64,000 nucleotides of DNA from a bacterium. Lineage in GTDB: Bacteria > Verrucomicrobiota > Verrucomicrobiia > Verrucomicrobiales > V1-33. The position numbers and the translations under genes were made by a program. The notes beneath the pieces were generated by a model. That model was not told the origin of the DNA. It was given only the letters and a program-made list of their open reading frames with translations, and made no database searches. Positions 35,534-45,631 of this stretch are shown one piece after another (the first letter of the stretch is position 1; each line of letters starts with the position of its first letter). Where the stretch lies: positions 10,683 to 74,682 of the forward strand of contig JANOAS010000367.1 of NCBI GenBank assembly GCA_031411255.1. Direction: 5' to 3'.

Positions 35534-35580
35534 AAAAGCGCCCGCTCTTCTGCCACTCAACCGTTCACACCATTCCTGCC

Positions 35581-36696
35581 ATGACGAACAAACTCGACCA
35601 GATCCGCGAAACCCTCCTCATGGGCCCGGGGCCTTCCTGCGTTTTTCCAGAAGTCTACACCGCGCTCGCCCGGCCCACCCTCGGCCACCTGGATCCGCAC
35701 TTCATCGCGATCATGGACGACATCAAGTCGCTCCAGCAGGAACTCCTCCAGACGAAAAACGCGCTCACCTTTCCCGTGAGCGGTACGGGCTCCGCCGGCA
35801 TGGAGACGGCCTTCGTGAACCTCATCGAGCACGGGGACGACGTTCTCATTCTGGCCAATGGCGTCTTCGGCAACCGCATGATCGACGTTGCCCAGCGCCT
35901 GGGGGCAAATGTGGACAAGCTTGAATTCACCTGGGGCACGCCCGTCATCGTCGAGGACGTGCGCCGGCAGCTGGCCGCGAAAAAATACAGGATCGTCGCT
36001 GTTGTCCACGCGGAGACGTCCACCGGGGTGCGGAATCCGGTCGAGGAAATCAGCCCGCTCGTGAAAGAAAACGGCGCGCTCTACCTCGTGGATGCGGTGA
36101 CCAGCCTGGGTGGCATCCCTGTGAAGGTGGACGAGTGGGGCATCGACGCCCTCTACAGCGGAACTCAGAAATGTTTGTCCTGCCCGCCCGGCTTGTCCCC
36201 GCTCACCTTCAGCGACGCGGCAGTGGCGAAGCTGAAAGCCCGCAAGACCAAGGTGCCGAACTGGTACCTCGACCTGGGCATGATCGTCAGCTACTGGGAG
36301 GGGGCGAAGCGCGCCTACCACCACACCGCGCCCATCAACATGCTTTACGGCCTCTACCAGGCGCTCCAGTGCGTTGTTTCCGAAGGGCGTGACGCCACCT
36401 TTGCCCGGCACGCCGCCTGCCACGCCCAGCTTGTGGCGGGCCTGGAGGCCATGGGCTTGGAAATGCTCGTGGACGCCTCCTGCCGCCTCCCCATGCTGAA
36501 CAGCGTGAAGGTTCCCGCCGGTGTGGACGAGGCCGCGGTGCGCAAAGACCTGCTCGAAAAACACCAGATCGAAATCGGCGCGGGCCTGGGACCACTGGCC
36601 GGCCAGATCTGGCGCATCGGTCTCATGGGCCACACCGCCCGGCCGGAGAACGTCACCCGCGTCCTCGCCGCCCTCGGCTCGGTCCTTGGGCGCTGA
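35581..36696 (+). CDS. class V PLP-dependent aminotransferase (serine-pyruvate / alanine-glyoxylate type)
   Basis: LLMGPGPS N-terminus, VSGTGSAGMETA, and ALYSGTQKCLSCPPGLSP with the PLP lysine in SGTQK. Confidence 0.85.
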   Translation: MTNKLDQIRETLLMGPGPSCVFPEVYTALARPTLGHLDPHFIAIMDDIKSLQQELLQTKNALTFPVSGTGSAGMETAFVNLIEHGDDVLILANGVFGNRMIDVAQRLGANVDKLEFTWGTPVIVEDVRRQLAAKKYRIVAVVHAETSTGVRNPVEEISPLVKENGALYLVDAVTSLGGIPVKVDEWGIDALYSGTQKCLSCPPGLSPLTFSDAAVAKLKARKTKVPNWYLDLGMIVSYWEGAKRAYHHTAPINMLYGLYQALQCVVSEGRDATFARHAACHAQLVAGLEAMGLEMLVDASCRLPMLNSVKVPAGVDEAAVRKDLLEKHQIEIGAGLGPLAGQIWRIGLMGHTARPENVTRVLAALGSVLGR

Positions 36697-36731
36697 GTTC
36701 CGGTCCGCTCACGCGGATTCCCGCGCGCTTC

Positions 36732-37658
36732 ATGGCTGCCCTGATCGGAAAAATCCTGCTCACCGTCATCGTGCCCGTCTTCGCCCTGATCGGCGCAGGC
36801 TGGGCGGTGCACAGGAAGTTTCGCGTGGATCTGGACACGCTGGTGAAGCTGAACAGCTACCTGTTTGTTCCGGCCTTCATTTTTGTAAAGCTCAGCGAGC
36901 AGGCCCCGGGGCAGGGCCTCGCCCCCCGGCTGGTGCTCTTCACCCTGGCCGTCATCACGGCGATGGGCATCCTGAGCCAGCTGGTTTCCTGGATGCGGAA
37001 GGACCCGGCGGAGACGGCCGGCTCGCTCAAGCTGGCGAGCATGTTTTACAACTGCGGGAACTTCGGGCTGCCCGCCACCAGTCTGGCCTTCGGACCGGAG
37101 AGCGTGCACATCCAGGTTTTTGTGCTGATGACGATGAACATCGCCACCTTCACCCTGGGCACGCTCATCGCCAGTGCCCACCACCCGGAGACCGGCTGGC
37201 GGCGTCTGCTGCCGGTGCTGCGCCAGCCCTCCCTGCACGCCGTGGCGGCGGCGTTGTTGCTGAAACAGGCCGGGCTGAATCCAGCGCAGTGGCCGTTTAT
37301 CTGGCAGCCGCTCCACCTCATCGCGGACGGGCTCGTCGGGCTGGCCCTCGTCACGCTGGGTGTCCAGCTTTCCACCACCAGGCCTCCGCCGCTCCGCGGA
37401 AACATCACTGCCGCCCTCGCCATCCGCCTGCTGGCCGGGCCGGCGCTGGCCTTCATTTTTGCCGCGTGGTTTGGCTTTGACCGGGAAACGACGCGAGTGC
37501 TCGTCCTCGGCGCCGCCGCACCCACGGCCGTGAATACGGCCATGCTCGCCCACGAGTTCGACGCGGATGTCCGCCTCGCTTCCGGCGCGGTTTTTTACAC
37601 GACGCTGTGCAGCATAGCCACCATCACCGTGGTGCTGGCGCTTCTTGCCCGGTGGTGA
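36732..37658 (+). CDS. AEC (auxin efflux carrier) family transporter
   Basis: About 10 TM helices. The N-terminus ILLTVIVPVFALIGAGWAVHRKF...LVKLNSYLFVPAFIF is typical of the AEC family. Confidence 0.8.
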   Translation: MAALIGKILLTVIVPVFALIGAGWAVHRKFRVDLDTLVKLNSYLFVPAFIFVKLSEQAPGQGLAPRLVLFTLAVITAMGILSQLVSWMRKDPAETAGSLKLASMFYNCGNFGLPATSLAFGPESVHIQVFVLMTMNIATFTLGTLIASAHHPETGWRRLLPVLRQPSLHAVAAALLLKQAGLNPAQWPFIWQPLHLIADGLVGLALVTLGVQLSTTRPPPLRGNITAALAIRLLAGPALAFIFAAWFGFDRETTRVLVLGAAAPTAVNTAMLAHEFDADVRLASGAVFYTTLCSIATITVVLALLARW

Positions 37659-37661
37659 TGC

Positions 37662-38819
37662 TCACTCCGCCAGCCCGGCCAGTCGATTGCCGAGAGCGGC
37701 GTAGTCGGCCTCGCCGGTGAAGTCCGTGTCCGGGCGCTGCGCCGCTTCCTGTCGGCGGGCGGACCAGACCTCCGGCGACAGCGTCAGGAAAAACTGGTAT
37801 AGCGCCTCCTCCAGTTCCTCCCCCGCAGGGAAGGACCAGCCGAGGCCTTTTTCCTCCAGCCATGCCGCCGTCTCCGTGCCCGCAGCTGCAAGGCCCGGGA
37901 CGTGGTGCAGCCCGCCTTCGTAGATGCGATTCGGCAGGAGCCAGCGGGAGTTCGCCGTGGCGTCGTGAAAATCAAAACACCAGTTCAGATGCGTCCGGCC
38001 ATAGAGGGCAGGGAGGTCGCCGGGATAGGTGTACGGGCCGCCGAATTCGACGTTCGTGTGCTCTGCGGCCTCCCTCGAGAACTCTGTCGCGTCCAGCACT
38101 GTGGCGTAGCCGCGCAGGTAAAAAACGACGCGGACGTCGAGGCGGCGGGAGAGGCGCTTGATCAATTCCCACGACCGGTGGCAGCGGAAGCCGCCGAAGT
38201 AGCCGACGATCCACGGCTGCCCCGCAGCAGGCGGCGGCGGGGCAGGGGGGCGGGCTGCAGACAGGGCCGCAGACGGGTAGACTTTGTTCTCCAGGAGAAA
38301 AACCGGGCCCGTGTAGTGCTGGAGCGGGGTGAAGTAGTGCTTCAGAAATCCGGGGGACGTGGTGACGAGCAGCTGCGAGGCGGCCAGCACCCGGCGTTCC
38401 ACCCAGCGGAGAAGCCGCGAGGCCGCACCCGTGCCGACCATCGGTGGCTGGATGTCGGCGATTTCCACCACAACGGGGATGCGCCCCGGAGCCAGCCAGC
38501 GGGCAAAGAGGGCGAGCAGCGCGTTGTCGAAATTGATCGCGTACAGGCAGCGCACCCCGGCCAGCCGGTGGCGTTCTTTCACCAGCCGCAGCAGCCCGCA
38601 GCCGATGGCCCACAGGCGGTGCACATACCGGCGGTCGTAGGTGGTGCCGAGGTGGATGTTTTCCCAAAAAACGGGCCTGTCCTTCCCCTCCCGCTCCCGG
38701 TGAAAGGTGAACCCGATCACGTGCCAGCCCTGGTCCTGGATGGCCTGGAGCCGCTTCAGCACACGGGCGTCATTGCGCTCGTGGGCGAAGAAACAGAGGG
38801 CGGGCGGCGGGGCGGACAT
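37662..38819 (-). CDS. glycosyltransferase (GT-B-like)
   Basis: ATG at 38819 (MSAPPPALCFFAHERND...). The two-lobed layout has a C-terminal NRIYEGGLHHVPGL...ETAAWLEE resembling the GT4 E..E region. The listed ORF start at 39167 overlaps the upstream gene. Confidence 0.6.
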   Translation of the reverse strand: MSAPPPALCFFAHERNDARVLKRLQAIQDQGWHVIGFTFHREREGKDRPVFWENIHLGTTYDRRYVHRLWAIGCGLLRLVKERHRLAGVRCLYAINFDNALLALFARWLAPGRIPVVVEIADIQPPMVGTGAASRLLRWVERRVLAASQLLVTTSPGFLKHYFTPLQHYTGPVFLLENKVYPSAALSAARPPAPPPPAAGQPWIVGYFGGFRCHRSWELIKRLSRRLDVRVVFYLRGYATVLDATEFSREAAEHTNVEFGGPYTYPGDLPALYGRTHLNWCFDFHDATANSRWLLPNRIYEGGLHHVPGLAAAGTETAAWLEEKGLGWSFPAGEELEEALYQFFLTLSPEVWSARRQEAAQRPDTDFTGEADYAALGNRLAGLAE

Positions 38820-38833
38820 CGCGGCGGAAAAAA

Positions 38834-39715
38834 TCAGGCCGCCCCGACCAGGCTCTTCACGCGGTCCAGCGCCTTCAGCGCGACCTCGCGCGCCGTCATC
38901 GGATCTGTTATGGAGTACAGGGCCTTGCGCAGTTTCATCGCCCGCGTGCGGTGGTGGAAGATGCGCACCTGGTCCCAGCGGCCCTCTTTTTTCAGCGGCT
39001 CCTCCATCATGCCCCGCGCGTTGTATTCGCAGTTCGGCAGCGGTCCAAATTTCAACCCGGCGGCATCCATTGCCCCTGCGGCCTTCACCCGGTGGAAATA
39101 CTCCTGATCGCAGTTGTAGCCGGCCCACATGTCCTTCGGGTCGTGCGGCATGATCGCCTCCTCCCACGCCTTCAAAAACGCCAGAGTGGCCGCCCTTTTC
39201 CGGTAGAGCAGCACCCCGGTGTTGAACCCCTCGGGATCCACCAGCGCCTTGAACGACGGAGGAGTCGTCGCCCAGTCCGCGGCAAACATGTTGGCCACCG
39301 CAAAGTCGAGATTCGCCAAGTAGTCAAAGACCTGCTGAACCGGTCTCAGAATGAAGGTGTCCGTGTCCAGGAAAAGTGTTTCCTCGTAGGGTGATTCCTT
39401 CAAAATCATCACCTTTTGTTTAAGTGGATGCTCTTCGGACTGGTAGTCAAAGTGGTCGCACCGGGCCGAGGCTGGCGGCTTGTACGGGGAGAAGAGCGTG
39501 ACTGGCAGGTCCGGCTCCTGACGGCGCAGACTTTCAAGTGAGGTGAGCAGCTCGCCCATGTAGCTGCGCCCTCCGGCCACGAGGTAAATGACTCCGCGCC
39601 GTGCCCTGGGGGGACGGCTGGCGGCTGGCTGGGCGGCAGTGGGCTGGGTCACGAGAGGCGATGAAGGGGAGAGTGGTTCAGCTTTCTTAACGAGTCTAAC
39701 ATTCGTATGTTTCAT
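38834..39715 (-). CDS. nucleotide-diphospho-sugar transferase (GT-A/GT8-like)
   Basis: VIYLVAGGRSY..., the DxD-type motif LFLDTDTF, and NTGVLLY. Confidence 0.55.
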   Translation of the reverse strand: MKHTNVRLVKKAEPLSPSSPLVTQPTAAQPAASRPPRARRGVIYLVAGGRSYMGELLTSLESLRRQEPDLPVTLFSPYKPPASARCDHFDYQSEEHPLKQKVMILKESPYEETLFLDTDTFILRPVQQVFDYLANLDFAVANMFAADWATTPPSFKALVDPEGFNTGVLLYRKRAATLAFLKAWEEAIMPHDPKDMWAGYNCDQEYFHRVKAAGAMDAAGLKFGPLPNCEYNARGMMEEPLKKEGRWDQVRIFHHRTRAMKLRKALYSITDPMTAREVALKALDRVKSLVGAA

Positions 39716-39792
39716 AAAAAAGGCAAGGATTTGGTTGAAATTTACGAAAAATTTAATACTTTCCAGATGTGTTAGCTTCTGAAACCGTTTCC

Positions 39793-41139
39793 ATGACCGA
39801 CGAGGACCATCGCGAACGCAGGGCGCGACGGATGAATCTTGCCGTCATGGTTTCCCTTTTTTCGAAAGGAGGAAACTCCCTCATTCAGCTTGTCGCGCTC
39901 CCGCTGGCCATGCGGGCGCTCGGCGACAGTTTTGCCGTGTATGGGTTGATGCTCTCGGTCATGTGGGTCGTCTACATGGCCGACATGGGCATCGGCGGGG
40001 GTGTCAACCGCAGGATCGCCTCCGCCTCCGCCCGTGATGACAAGGAGGCGATGCGCCGCACGACTTCGGTCGGCTTTTTCGCGACCTGCTTTTTCTGCCT
40101 GGTGACGGCAGTCGCCTGCTCGCTTGTCCTCACCTTCGTACCGGTGACCACGCTGTTCGGGGAGGGGTTTGCGCCTTACGCCGGGGAGCTGAGGCTGTGC
40201 CTGTGGATTGGCCTGGCCATTTTTCTGGGCATGGTCAGTCTGTCCACGTTCAGCTGCGTTCGGGACGGCATGCAGGAGGTGCATGTCATCAACAGTTTTG
40301 GGGCCGCCAGCAACTTTGTCCAGGCTGCAGCCTTGCTCGTGGGGCTGCATTACTTTCCCGACGTGTGGTTCCTGATCGTCGCGATGTTTGGCACGCAGTT
40401 TCTCGCCTTTCTGGCCAATGCCATTCATCTGCTCTGGAAGCGCCCGTGGCTGGTGCCGCGCTGGTCGGATGTGAGCGTGCCCGTGATCCGCACGATGCTG
40501 GGCGAGGGATTTATCATGTTTCTGGCCTTCATGCTCGCCCCGGCGCTCCAGCGGGAGGGGATGAAGTGGCTCATCGGGTGGAAAATCGGCCCCAAGGCGG
40601 TGGAGCACTACACTATTTTGACCCAGCTGGGATTCTTCGCCGCCGGGTTCGTCGTCATGTTCATGCGTCCGCTCTGGCCTGCCGTGACGGAGGCGGTGAG
40701 CCGCGGGGATTTCCCGTGGGTGCGGCAGATGAAAAACAAGGTCTGGCTCGTGTGGTCTGTCTGCAGCCTCCTTGGCATCATGTGCATGGGCTGGTGCGGG
40801 CCCTGGCTGCTGGAGCACGTTTACATCCGCAAACCAGTCTCCCTGGACGGGAGGGACATGGCCCTCTACGGCGCTGTCCTCTCGCTCACCATCTGGTCTG
40901 CGGTGAACTACTACCTGCTCGCCGGGTGTGGTGACCTGCGGCGGCCGGCCTTCCTGCTGGCCGTGGAGTCGGTCTTTGCCCTGCTCATCGGCACCGCCGG
41001 AGTTCACTATTTTGGCCTGGATGGCGGGCTGGCCGCCCTGTCTCTGGCCATGCTTCTTTTTTCCGCCTGGGTGCTGCCAGTGCGCCTGCAGCGCCTGCTC
41101 CGGAGCCAAGCGAGCCCCGCCAACCCGTCCGTCGCGTGA
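39793..41139 (+). CDS. polysaccharide flippase (Wzx/MOP superfamily)
   Basis: About 12 predicted TM helices. The N-terminus FSKGGNSLIQLVALPLAMRALG is typical of MOP flippases. It lies in a glycosyltransferase context. Confidence 0.6.
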   Translation: MTDEDHRERRARRMNLAVMVSLFSKGGNSLIQLVALPLAMRALGDSFAVYGLMLSVMWVVYMADMGIGGGVNRRIASASARDDKEAMRRTTSVGFFATCFFCLVTAVACSLVLTFVPVTTLFGEGFAPYAGELRLCLWIGLAIFLGMVSLSTFSCVRDGMQEVHVINSFGAASNFVQAAALLVGLHYFPDVWFLIVAMFGTQFLAFLANAIHLLWKRPWLVPRWSDVSVPVIRTMLGEGFIMFLAFMLAPALQREGMKWLIGWKIGPKAVEHYTILTQLGFFAAGFVVMFMRPLWPAVTEAVSRGDFPWVRQMKNKVWLVWSVCSLLGIMCMGWCGPWLLEHVYIRKPVSLDGRDMALYGAVLSLTIWSAVNYYLLAGCGDLRRPAFLLAVESVFALLIGTAGVHYFGLDGGLAALSLAMLLFSAWVLPVRLQRLLRSQASPANPSVA

Positions 41140-42515
41140 ACTCCGCTTCGCAAAAACTGCTGCGTTTTTTCACCTGGGTCTACTGCCTCTCGTGGGCGTT
41201 TGACTACCGGGCCAGTGAGCAGGGCGGTTCCGCCGTGCAGTTCGCCATGTTCGGCCTCAGCCTGGCCAGCGCCGGGTTCGTCATGGCTCTCGGCTGGCGC
41301 CGGCTTTTCATTCTGCCTGTCGGCTGGATCATGCTCCTCTGGGGCGGCTACCTGCTCTCCACCGTGCCCGTCGCCTGGGTGAATGGAGTGCAGAGTGGCG
41401 ACTACCTGCGCAACGTCAGTCCGGCGGTCCTCCTTTTCACCAGCATGAGCGTCTGCCAGGCCGCCGCCGGCAGCGGGCTGACGTGGCGGGACATCGTCAT
41501 CCCCGCCACCATCGCCAGCGTCGTGAACATCATCTGGAAGGGGATTTACTCCATCGTCATCTCCGGCATCCCCATCAACATGATCCGCGTGGAGATGCTG
41601 AGCCAGTGCCTGCCCTACGTGCTCGCCTACATGATGTGCGCCCTGGTCATTCAGAAAAAATGGCCCGTCTGGCCCCTCCTCGCCGGCTTGGCCGGGGTGG
41701 GCTCGCTCATCATCAGCGTCACCCGTTCGGGTATTTTCATCATGGTCGCGGCCGCCTTCGGCGCGGTTTACGGCTTCTGGCAATGCAGGAAGCTGGGCGT
41801 GCTTCCAGCCGGGTTCGTTGCGGCCAAGACCCGCCATTTCCTGTCCGCTGCGGGGGCGTCGGTCCTCGGCCTCATCATCCTTGTGGCCGCCCTGCCTTTC
41901 GTGTTTGAGCGCTGGTTCGAGCGTCTCTTTCACTCCCGCGGCAGTGAATACGCCTCCCTCGACCCGTCCGCCCTCACCCGCCTGGCCGAGACGAAGGCTT
42001 TCATCGACATCCTGAACAAAGAGCCCCTCGCCTGGGCCTACGGAAAGGGGATGGGCTTTCCCTACTACTGGGATGAAACTTTCATCCCCGAGCTGATGTA
42101 CACCTATGGCAATCCGGATCTGTTCCGCGCCTGGAGCTGCGATGTCCGTTTCCCCGGCCACTCCATCTGGACGTACGCCGCCTTCTCCGGAGGCATTGCC
42201 GGACTCATCATCTACGTGGGGCTATTCGCCATCGCTTGCACCATGGCCGTGCGGAGCTGCCGCGCCCTGACTCGCTGCCGGGACTTCCCGCTGGAAATCG
42301 CCATCCTTCCTTTCTCCGGGCTCATGGCCTTCCTCAGTGAAAGCATCACCTCAAACCCCTTCATCGAGCGCGCCGGCGGCCTCGTCATTGGCCTGACCAT
42401 CGGCATCATCCAGTTTGTCCACGTCGCCGCGCTGAAGTCCACGCGCGCCGGTGCGGTGGATCCAGCAGCCATCCGCTACTTCGCCCGCATGCGGGAGGTG
42501 GCAGCCGTCCAGTAG
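41136..42515 (+). CDS. O-antigen polymerase/ligase-like (Wzy-type) membrane protein
   Basis: Polytopic membrane protein with a large loop (ERWFERLFHSRGSEYASLDPSALTRLAETKAF...). The GTG start overlaps the flippase stop (GTGA). Confidence 0.55.
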   Translation: MNSASQKLLRFFTWVYCLSWAFDYRASEQGGSAVQFAMFGLSLASAGFVMALGWRRLFILPVGWIMLLWGGYLLSTVPVAWVNGVQSGDYLRNVSPAVLLFTSMSVCQAAAGSGLTWRDIVIPATIASVVNIIWKGIYSIVISGIPINMIRVEMLSQCLPYVLAYMMCALVIQKKWPVWPLLAGLAGVGSLIISVTRSGIFIMVAAAFGAVYGFWQCRKLGVLPAGFVAAKTRHFLSAAGASVLGLIILVAALPFVFERWFERLFHSRGSEYASLDPSALTRLAETKAFIDILNKEPLAWAYGKGMGFPYYWDETFIPELMYTYGNPDLFRAWSCDVRFPGHSIWTYAAFSGGIAGLIIYVGLFAIACTMAVRSCRALTRCRDFPLEIAILPFSGLMAFLSESITSNPFIERAGGLVIGLTIGIIQFVHVAALKSTRAGAVDPAAIRYFARMREVAAVQ

Positions 42516-42527
42516 TCCGGCGGGCGA

Positions 42528-43205
42528 CTACTTTGCCTTTTTCGTCAGGGCCGCGACGACCTTCCGGCGGTCCAGCTTGATCAGCGCCTTCACGCCGAGC
42601 ACCAGTCCGGGAAAGACCACGCTTTCGATGCGTCCGGCCCGCTCCTTCAGCTCCACATACTCCCCGTCCAGCAGCTGAAACCACCGCACCCGCTTCTCCA
42701 GCGTCAGCCACACGAGGTACTCCTGCACTCCATTCCTCCTGTAGGCGCGGAACTTCTCATGCAGGTCCACCGAGGCGCTGCTGGCCGCCACCTCGCAGGC
42801 GAGTTCCGGCGCGCCGCGCAGGTAGCCGCTTTCATTCAACCAGACACGCCCTCCAGGGCGGGGGGCGGTGCACAGGATCGCATCCGGCTGGACGGCGTTG
42901 TCTGCATCAAGGACGAGGGTGGCGTTGGTGTAGCATTCCAGCTCAGGATTTTCGAGAGCGTGGCTGCCCAGCCAAAGCTGGAGCACGTTGTCAGGTGCTG
43001 CGTGCGTGTCGGCGCGGACTGGGGAGGGCATATGAACGATTCCTTCGATGAGCTGGGCTTTCCGCAAACCTGGCATGCCCTCACACCGGCGGAGAAATTC
43101 AGGCACGCTGAGGTGGTCGCCGCTCTGCAAATCTGGCAGCAACCGCGCGACCGCGACGGAGCGGGCCGTGCGGCGGGAAGGGAGGGGGAGTGCTGCGGTG
43201 ACCAT
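42528..43205 (-). CDS. Uma2 (DUF820) family putative endonuclease
   Basis: KAQLIEGIVHMPSPVRADTHA, VQPDAILC, APELACEVAASSASVDL..KFRAYRRNGVQEYLVW. This is the PD-(D/E)xK pattern of the Uma2 family. Confidence 0.8.
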   Translation of the reverse strand: MVTAALPLPSRRTARSVAVARLLPDLQSGDHLSVPEFLRRCEGMPGLRKAQLIEGIVHMPSPVRADTHAAPDNVLQLWLGSHALENPELECYTNATLVLDADNAVQPDAILCTAPRPGGRVWLNESGYLRGAPELACEVAASSASVDLHEKFRAYRRNGVQEYLVWLTLEKRVRWFQLLDGEYVELKERAGRIESVVFPGLVLGVKALIKLDRRKVVAALTKKAK

Positions 43206-43285
43206 GGTGCTAGGCTACTCCCTGGCGCGGCAGGACGCAACCCTCAAGGACCCGGCCGGAGTCCCGCCTGCGAAGCGGCGGCGGC

Positions 43286-44095
43286 TCACGCCTCTGGCAG
43301 GCGCAGGATCACATTGCGCAGCGGGCCAAAGGAGACGGACTCCACTTCAGCGTACCCGGCGGATGTCAGCAGGGCGATGGCGTCCCCGCCCGCCGCTTCG
43401 TGGTACTCGGGATTGTCCTCGATGATGATGAAAACCGGCCAAATCGAGCGCGGAGCTGTGGCCAGAAACGCCTTCAGCACGCGGAATTCGAAGCCCTCGA
43501 TGTCGAATTTCGCCCCGTCCACGCGGGTGATGCCGTGTTCGTTGAGCAGGTCGAGCAGGGGCAGGCACTCCACCTCCACGGTCGGGCCTTCCGTGGCGAG
43601 GAAGGAATTCGCGCCCGCATTTCCGTCGTGTCCCACGCCAAGCTTGAGCGTGCACGGCGCATCGGCCACGCCTGCGTTCACGGCCTTGATGTTCTGGCAG
43701 TCGCTGAGGTGGATGTTTTCCTTCAAGCGCTTGAACGTCACCGGATTTGCCTCGAAGGCCACCACTTTTCCCCGGGGACCCACGGTGCGGGCCGCGCTCA
43801 GGGAGTAAAAGCCGATGTGCGAACCCACGTCGATGAAGCACCCGTCCTTCGGCAGATTGCTGCGCAGGTAGGCCAGCTCCTTCCGGTCATAGAGCTGCGG
43901 GATGAAAAGCAGGTGGCGGTCGACCTCCTCCGCCGGCTCCAGAGCCATCCGGAAATCAAGCACCGGCACCTCGACCCGCGGACGGGCTTTGCGCAGATAG
44001 ACGTCCTCGACGAGATGGCCGATGCGCCCCGCGCCCTTGATCGACGGGAGGCTGCGGGAGATTCCAGTTAGCAGTTTCAGTTCCAGGTTCATCAT
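43286..44095 (-). CDS. FkbM family methyltransferase
   Basis: CFIDVGSHIGFYSLSAA...KVVAFEANPVTFKRLKENI and CLPLLDLLNEHGITRVDGAKFDIEGFEFRVL. Confidence 0.85.
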   Translation of the reverse strand: MMNLELKLLTGISRSLPSIKGAGRIGHLVEDVYLRKARPRVEVPVLDFRMALEPAEEVDRHLLFIPQLYDRKELAYLRSNLPKDGCFIDVGSHIGFYSLSAARTVGPRGKVVAFEANPVTFKRLKENIHLSDCQNIKAVNAGVADAPCTLKLGVGHDGNAGANSFLATEGPTVEVECLPLLDLLNEHGITRVDGAKFDIEGFEFRVLKAFLATAPRSIWPVFIIIEDNPEYHEAAGGDAIALLTSAGYAEVESVSFGPLRNVILRLPEA

Positions 44096-44122
44096 TGTAG
44101 TGCAGGTGTGTGGTGTGGCTGG

Positions 44123-45340
44123 TTAAAGTGAGGCGGTGGCGTGGGCGGGTTCCGAGGCGACGGGCGGTCGCGCCCCGCAGCGGCTTGCGATGAATTCGGC
44201 AACCCCTTGCTCAAAATCCCGGTAGAAATTTTCCGTGCTGAAGCGCACCCGGTGGGCAGCCTGTGCTGCCAGCAGTTCCGCCTCCAGTTGCGGCCGGGCC
44301 ACCACGGCGGCGAATTTTTCCAGCAGGTCCTCCAGGCTCGTATACTGCTGGGCGGTGGAGGGCGCGATTTCGATCATTCCACCCGACTGGTGCACAAACG
44401 GCAGGCACCCGGCATAGGCTGCTTCCAGTATGACTATGCCGAAGTGCTCCAGAGGCTTCGGATGCAGGTAAAAGCGGCTCGTTTCCAGCAGATCCTTCAG
44501 TTTTTCCCGCGGACAGTCGGGTAGGATTTCCACCGGCACACCCAGCGCTGCCGCCTTTTCCTGAACGAGCCGTAAGTACTCCGGCTCACTGATGCGACCG
44601 GCCAGCGTGAACTTCAGCGTGGGATGCGCCTGGTGAAGCGCCGCCCACTGGTCCATCAGCTCCAGCAGGTACTTGTCCGAGGCAAAACGCCCGATCGATA
44701 CCATCCTGAATTCCCGCTCCCTGTGGTAGTTCCACTCGGACTCCGGCGGGACGAACGCGCTGTAGCACACTTTCCCTTGGATGCCGTAGGCCTCATTGAC
44801 GATGCCGCTCATGAATTCAGAGTTCACCCACGAGTAGTTGGCCCTCAGGTGTTTCGTCCTGTAGTTGGAGATGAAACCCTGTAAAAAACGGTACGCCCAG
44901 TAGAACGCGCGGTGGCGGAAGTAAATGTTGTCCGGTGCCAGGATCTGGTATCGCGCCAGCAGGGCGGGATTCGCATGTGCTGGAAAATGAATGTACTGCA
45001 TTCCGGGAATCCCAAAGTCCATCTCGTTGAACCCGCAGATGCACACGTCATGCTCCCTCGCGATCCGCCGCGCCGCCCGCTGGAGAAATGCCATCCGCCA
45101 CATGCCAAATCGTCCGGGCTCGGACATGAACGCCGGCAGTTGCGCTGGGATGAATCGAATCCTGTCCGACTGCAGCGCCAGACCCGTGGCCCTCTCGATT
45201 TCCTCATAGTCGGGAGCCTTCAACGACAGCAGGCTCACCTCGTGGTCTCCATGCTCCAGCAGCCGGTGCATGGCATGCACCGAAAACAATTCCCCCCCCG
45301 CTATGCGGGAGAGGTCTGGATGGATGATGAGATACTTCAT
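44123..45340 (-). CDS. GT4-family glycosyltransferase
   Basis: ATG at 45340 (MKYLIIHPDLSRIAGGE). The C-terminus has FYLHPKPLEHFGIVILEAAYAGCLPFVHQSGG, a GT4 E(x7)E-type region. The upstream 50 codons of the listed ORF are AT-rich promoter sequence. Confidence 0.75.
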   Translation of the reverse strand: MKYLIIHPDLSRIAGGELFSVHAMHRLLEHGDHEVSLLSLKAPDYEEIERATGLALQSDRIRFIPAQLPAFMSEPGRFGMWRMAFLQRAARRIAREHDVCICGFNEMDFGIPGMQYIHFPAHANPALLARYQILAPDNIYFRHRAFYWAYRFLQGFISNYRTKHLRANYSWVNSEFMSGIVNEAYGIQGKVCYSAFVPPESEWNYHREREFRMVSIGRFASDKYLLELMDQWAALHQAHPTLKFTLAGRISEPEYLRLVQEKAAALGVPVEILPDCPREKLKDLLETSRFYLHPKPLEHFGIVILEAAYAGCLPFVHQSGGMIEIAPSTAQQYTSLEDLLEKFAAVVARPQLEAELLAAQAAHRVRFSTENFYRDFEQGVAEFIASRCGARPPVASEPAHATASL

Positions 45341-45631
45341 TCGGGAGGGATGGGGAGCGGGAGATGCCTGACCCAGCTTGATTGTTTGGAAATACAAAAA
45401 GTATGCCGAGATTTGTAGATGCTGGAAACGGCGCCTTAGTATAGTGGTTATATTTAGAATTACTAGAGAAAACTTCACTTTGAGTCGCAATTGTCATTTT
45501 TGCGCATCGGGGCTGTCCGTCGCCGCTGGGGCGGGCAAAGCCGGAACCGCAGCCTGCGGGGTGTCGCCCTGGCGAAAAGATAGGGGTGAACCAGGGCGGG
45601 TTTCTCTGGACAAGCTGTCATCTTCATTACA

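Noticed and set aside
38820-39167. N-terminal 116 codons of the listed 501-aa glycosyltransferase ORF
   Set aside because: It overlaps the 3' end of the upstream GT-A-like gene in another frame and is Gly/Arg-rich. ATG at 38819 sits 14 nt after that gene's stop.
45431-45462. tRNA-like string GGCGCCTTAGTATAGTGGTTATATTTAGAATTAC
   Set aside because: The TAGTATAGTGGTTA segment mimics a D-arm, but I could not build an anticodon stem, a T-arm (no GTTCRANNC) or a complementary acceptor 3' strand. It is most likely chance similarity in an AT-rich promoter.
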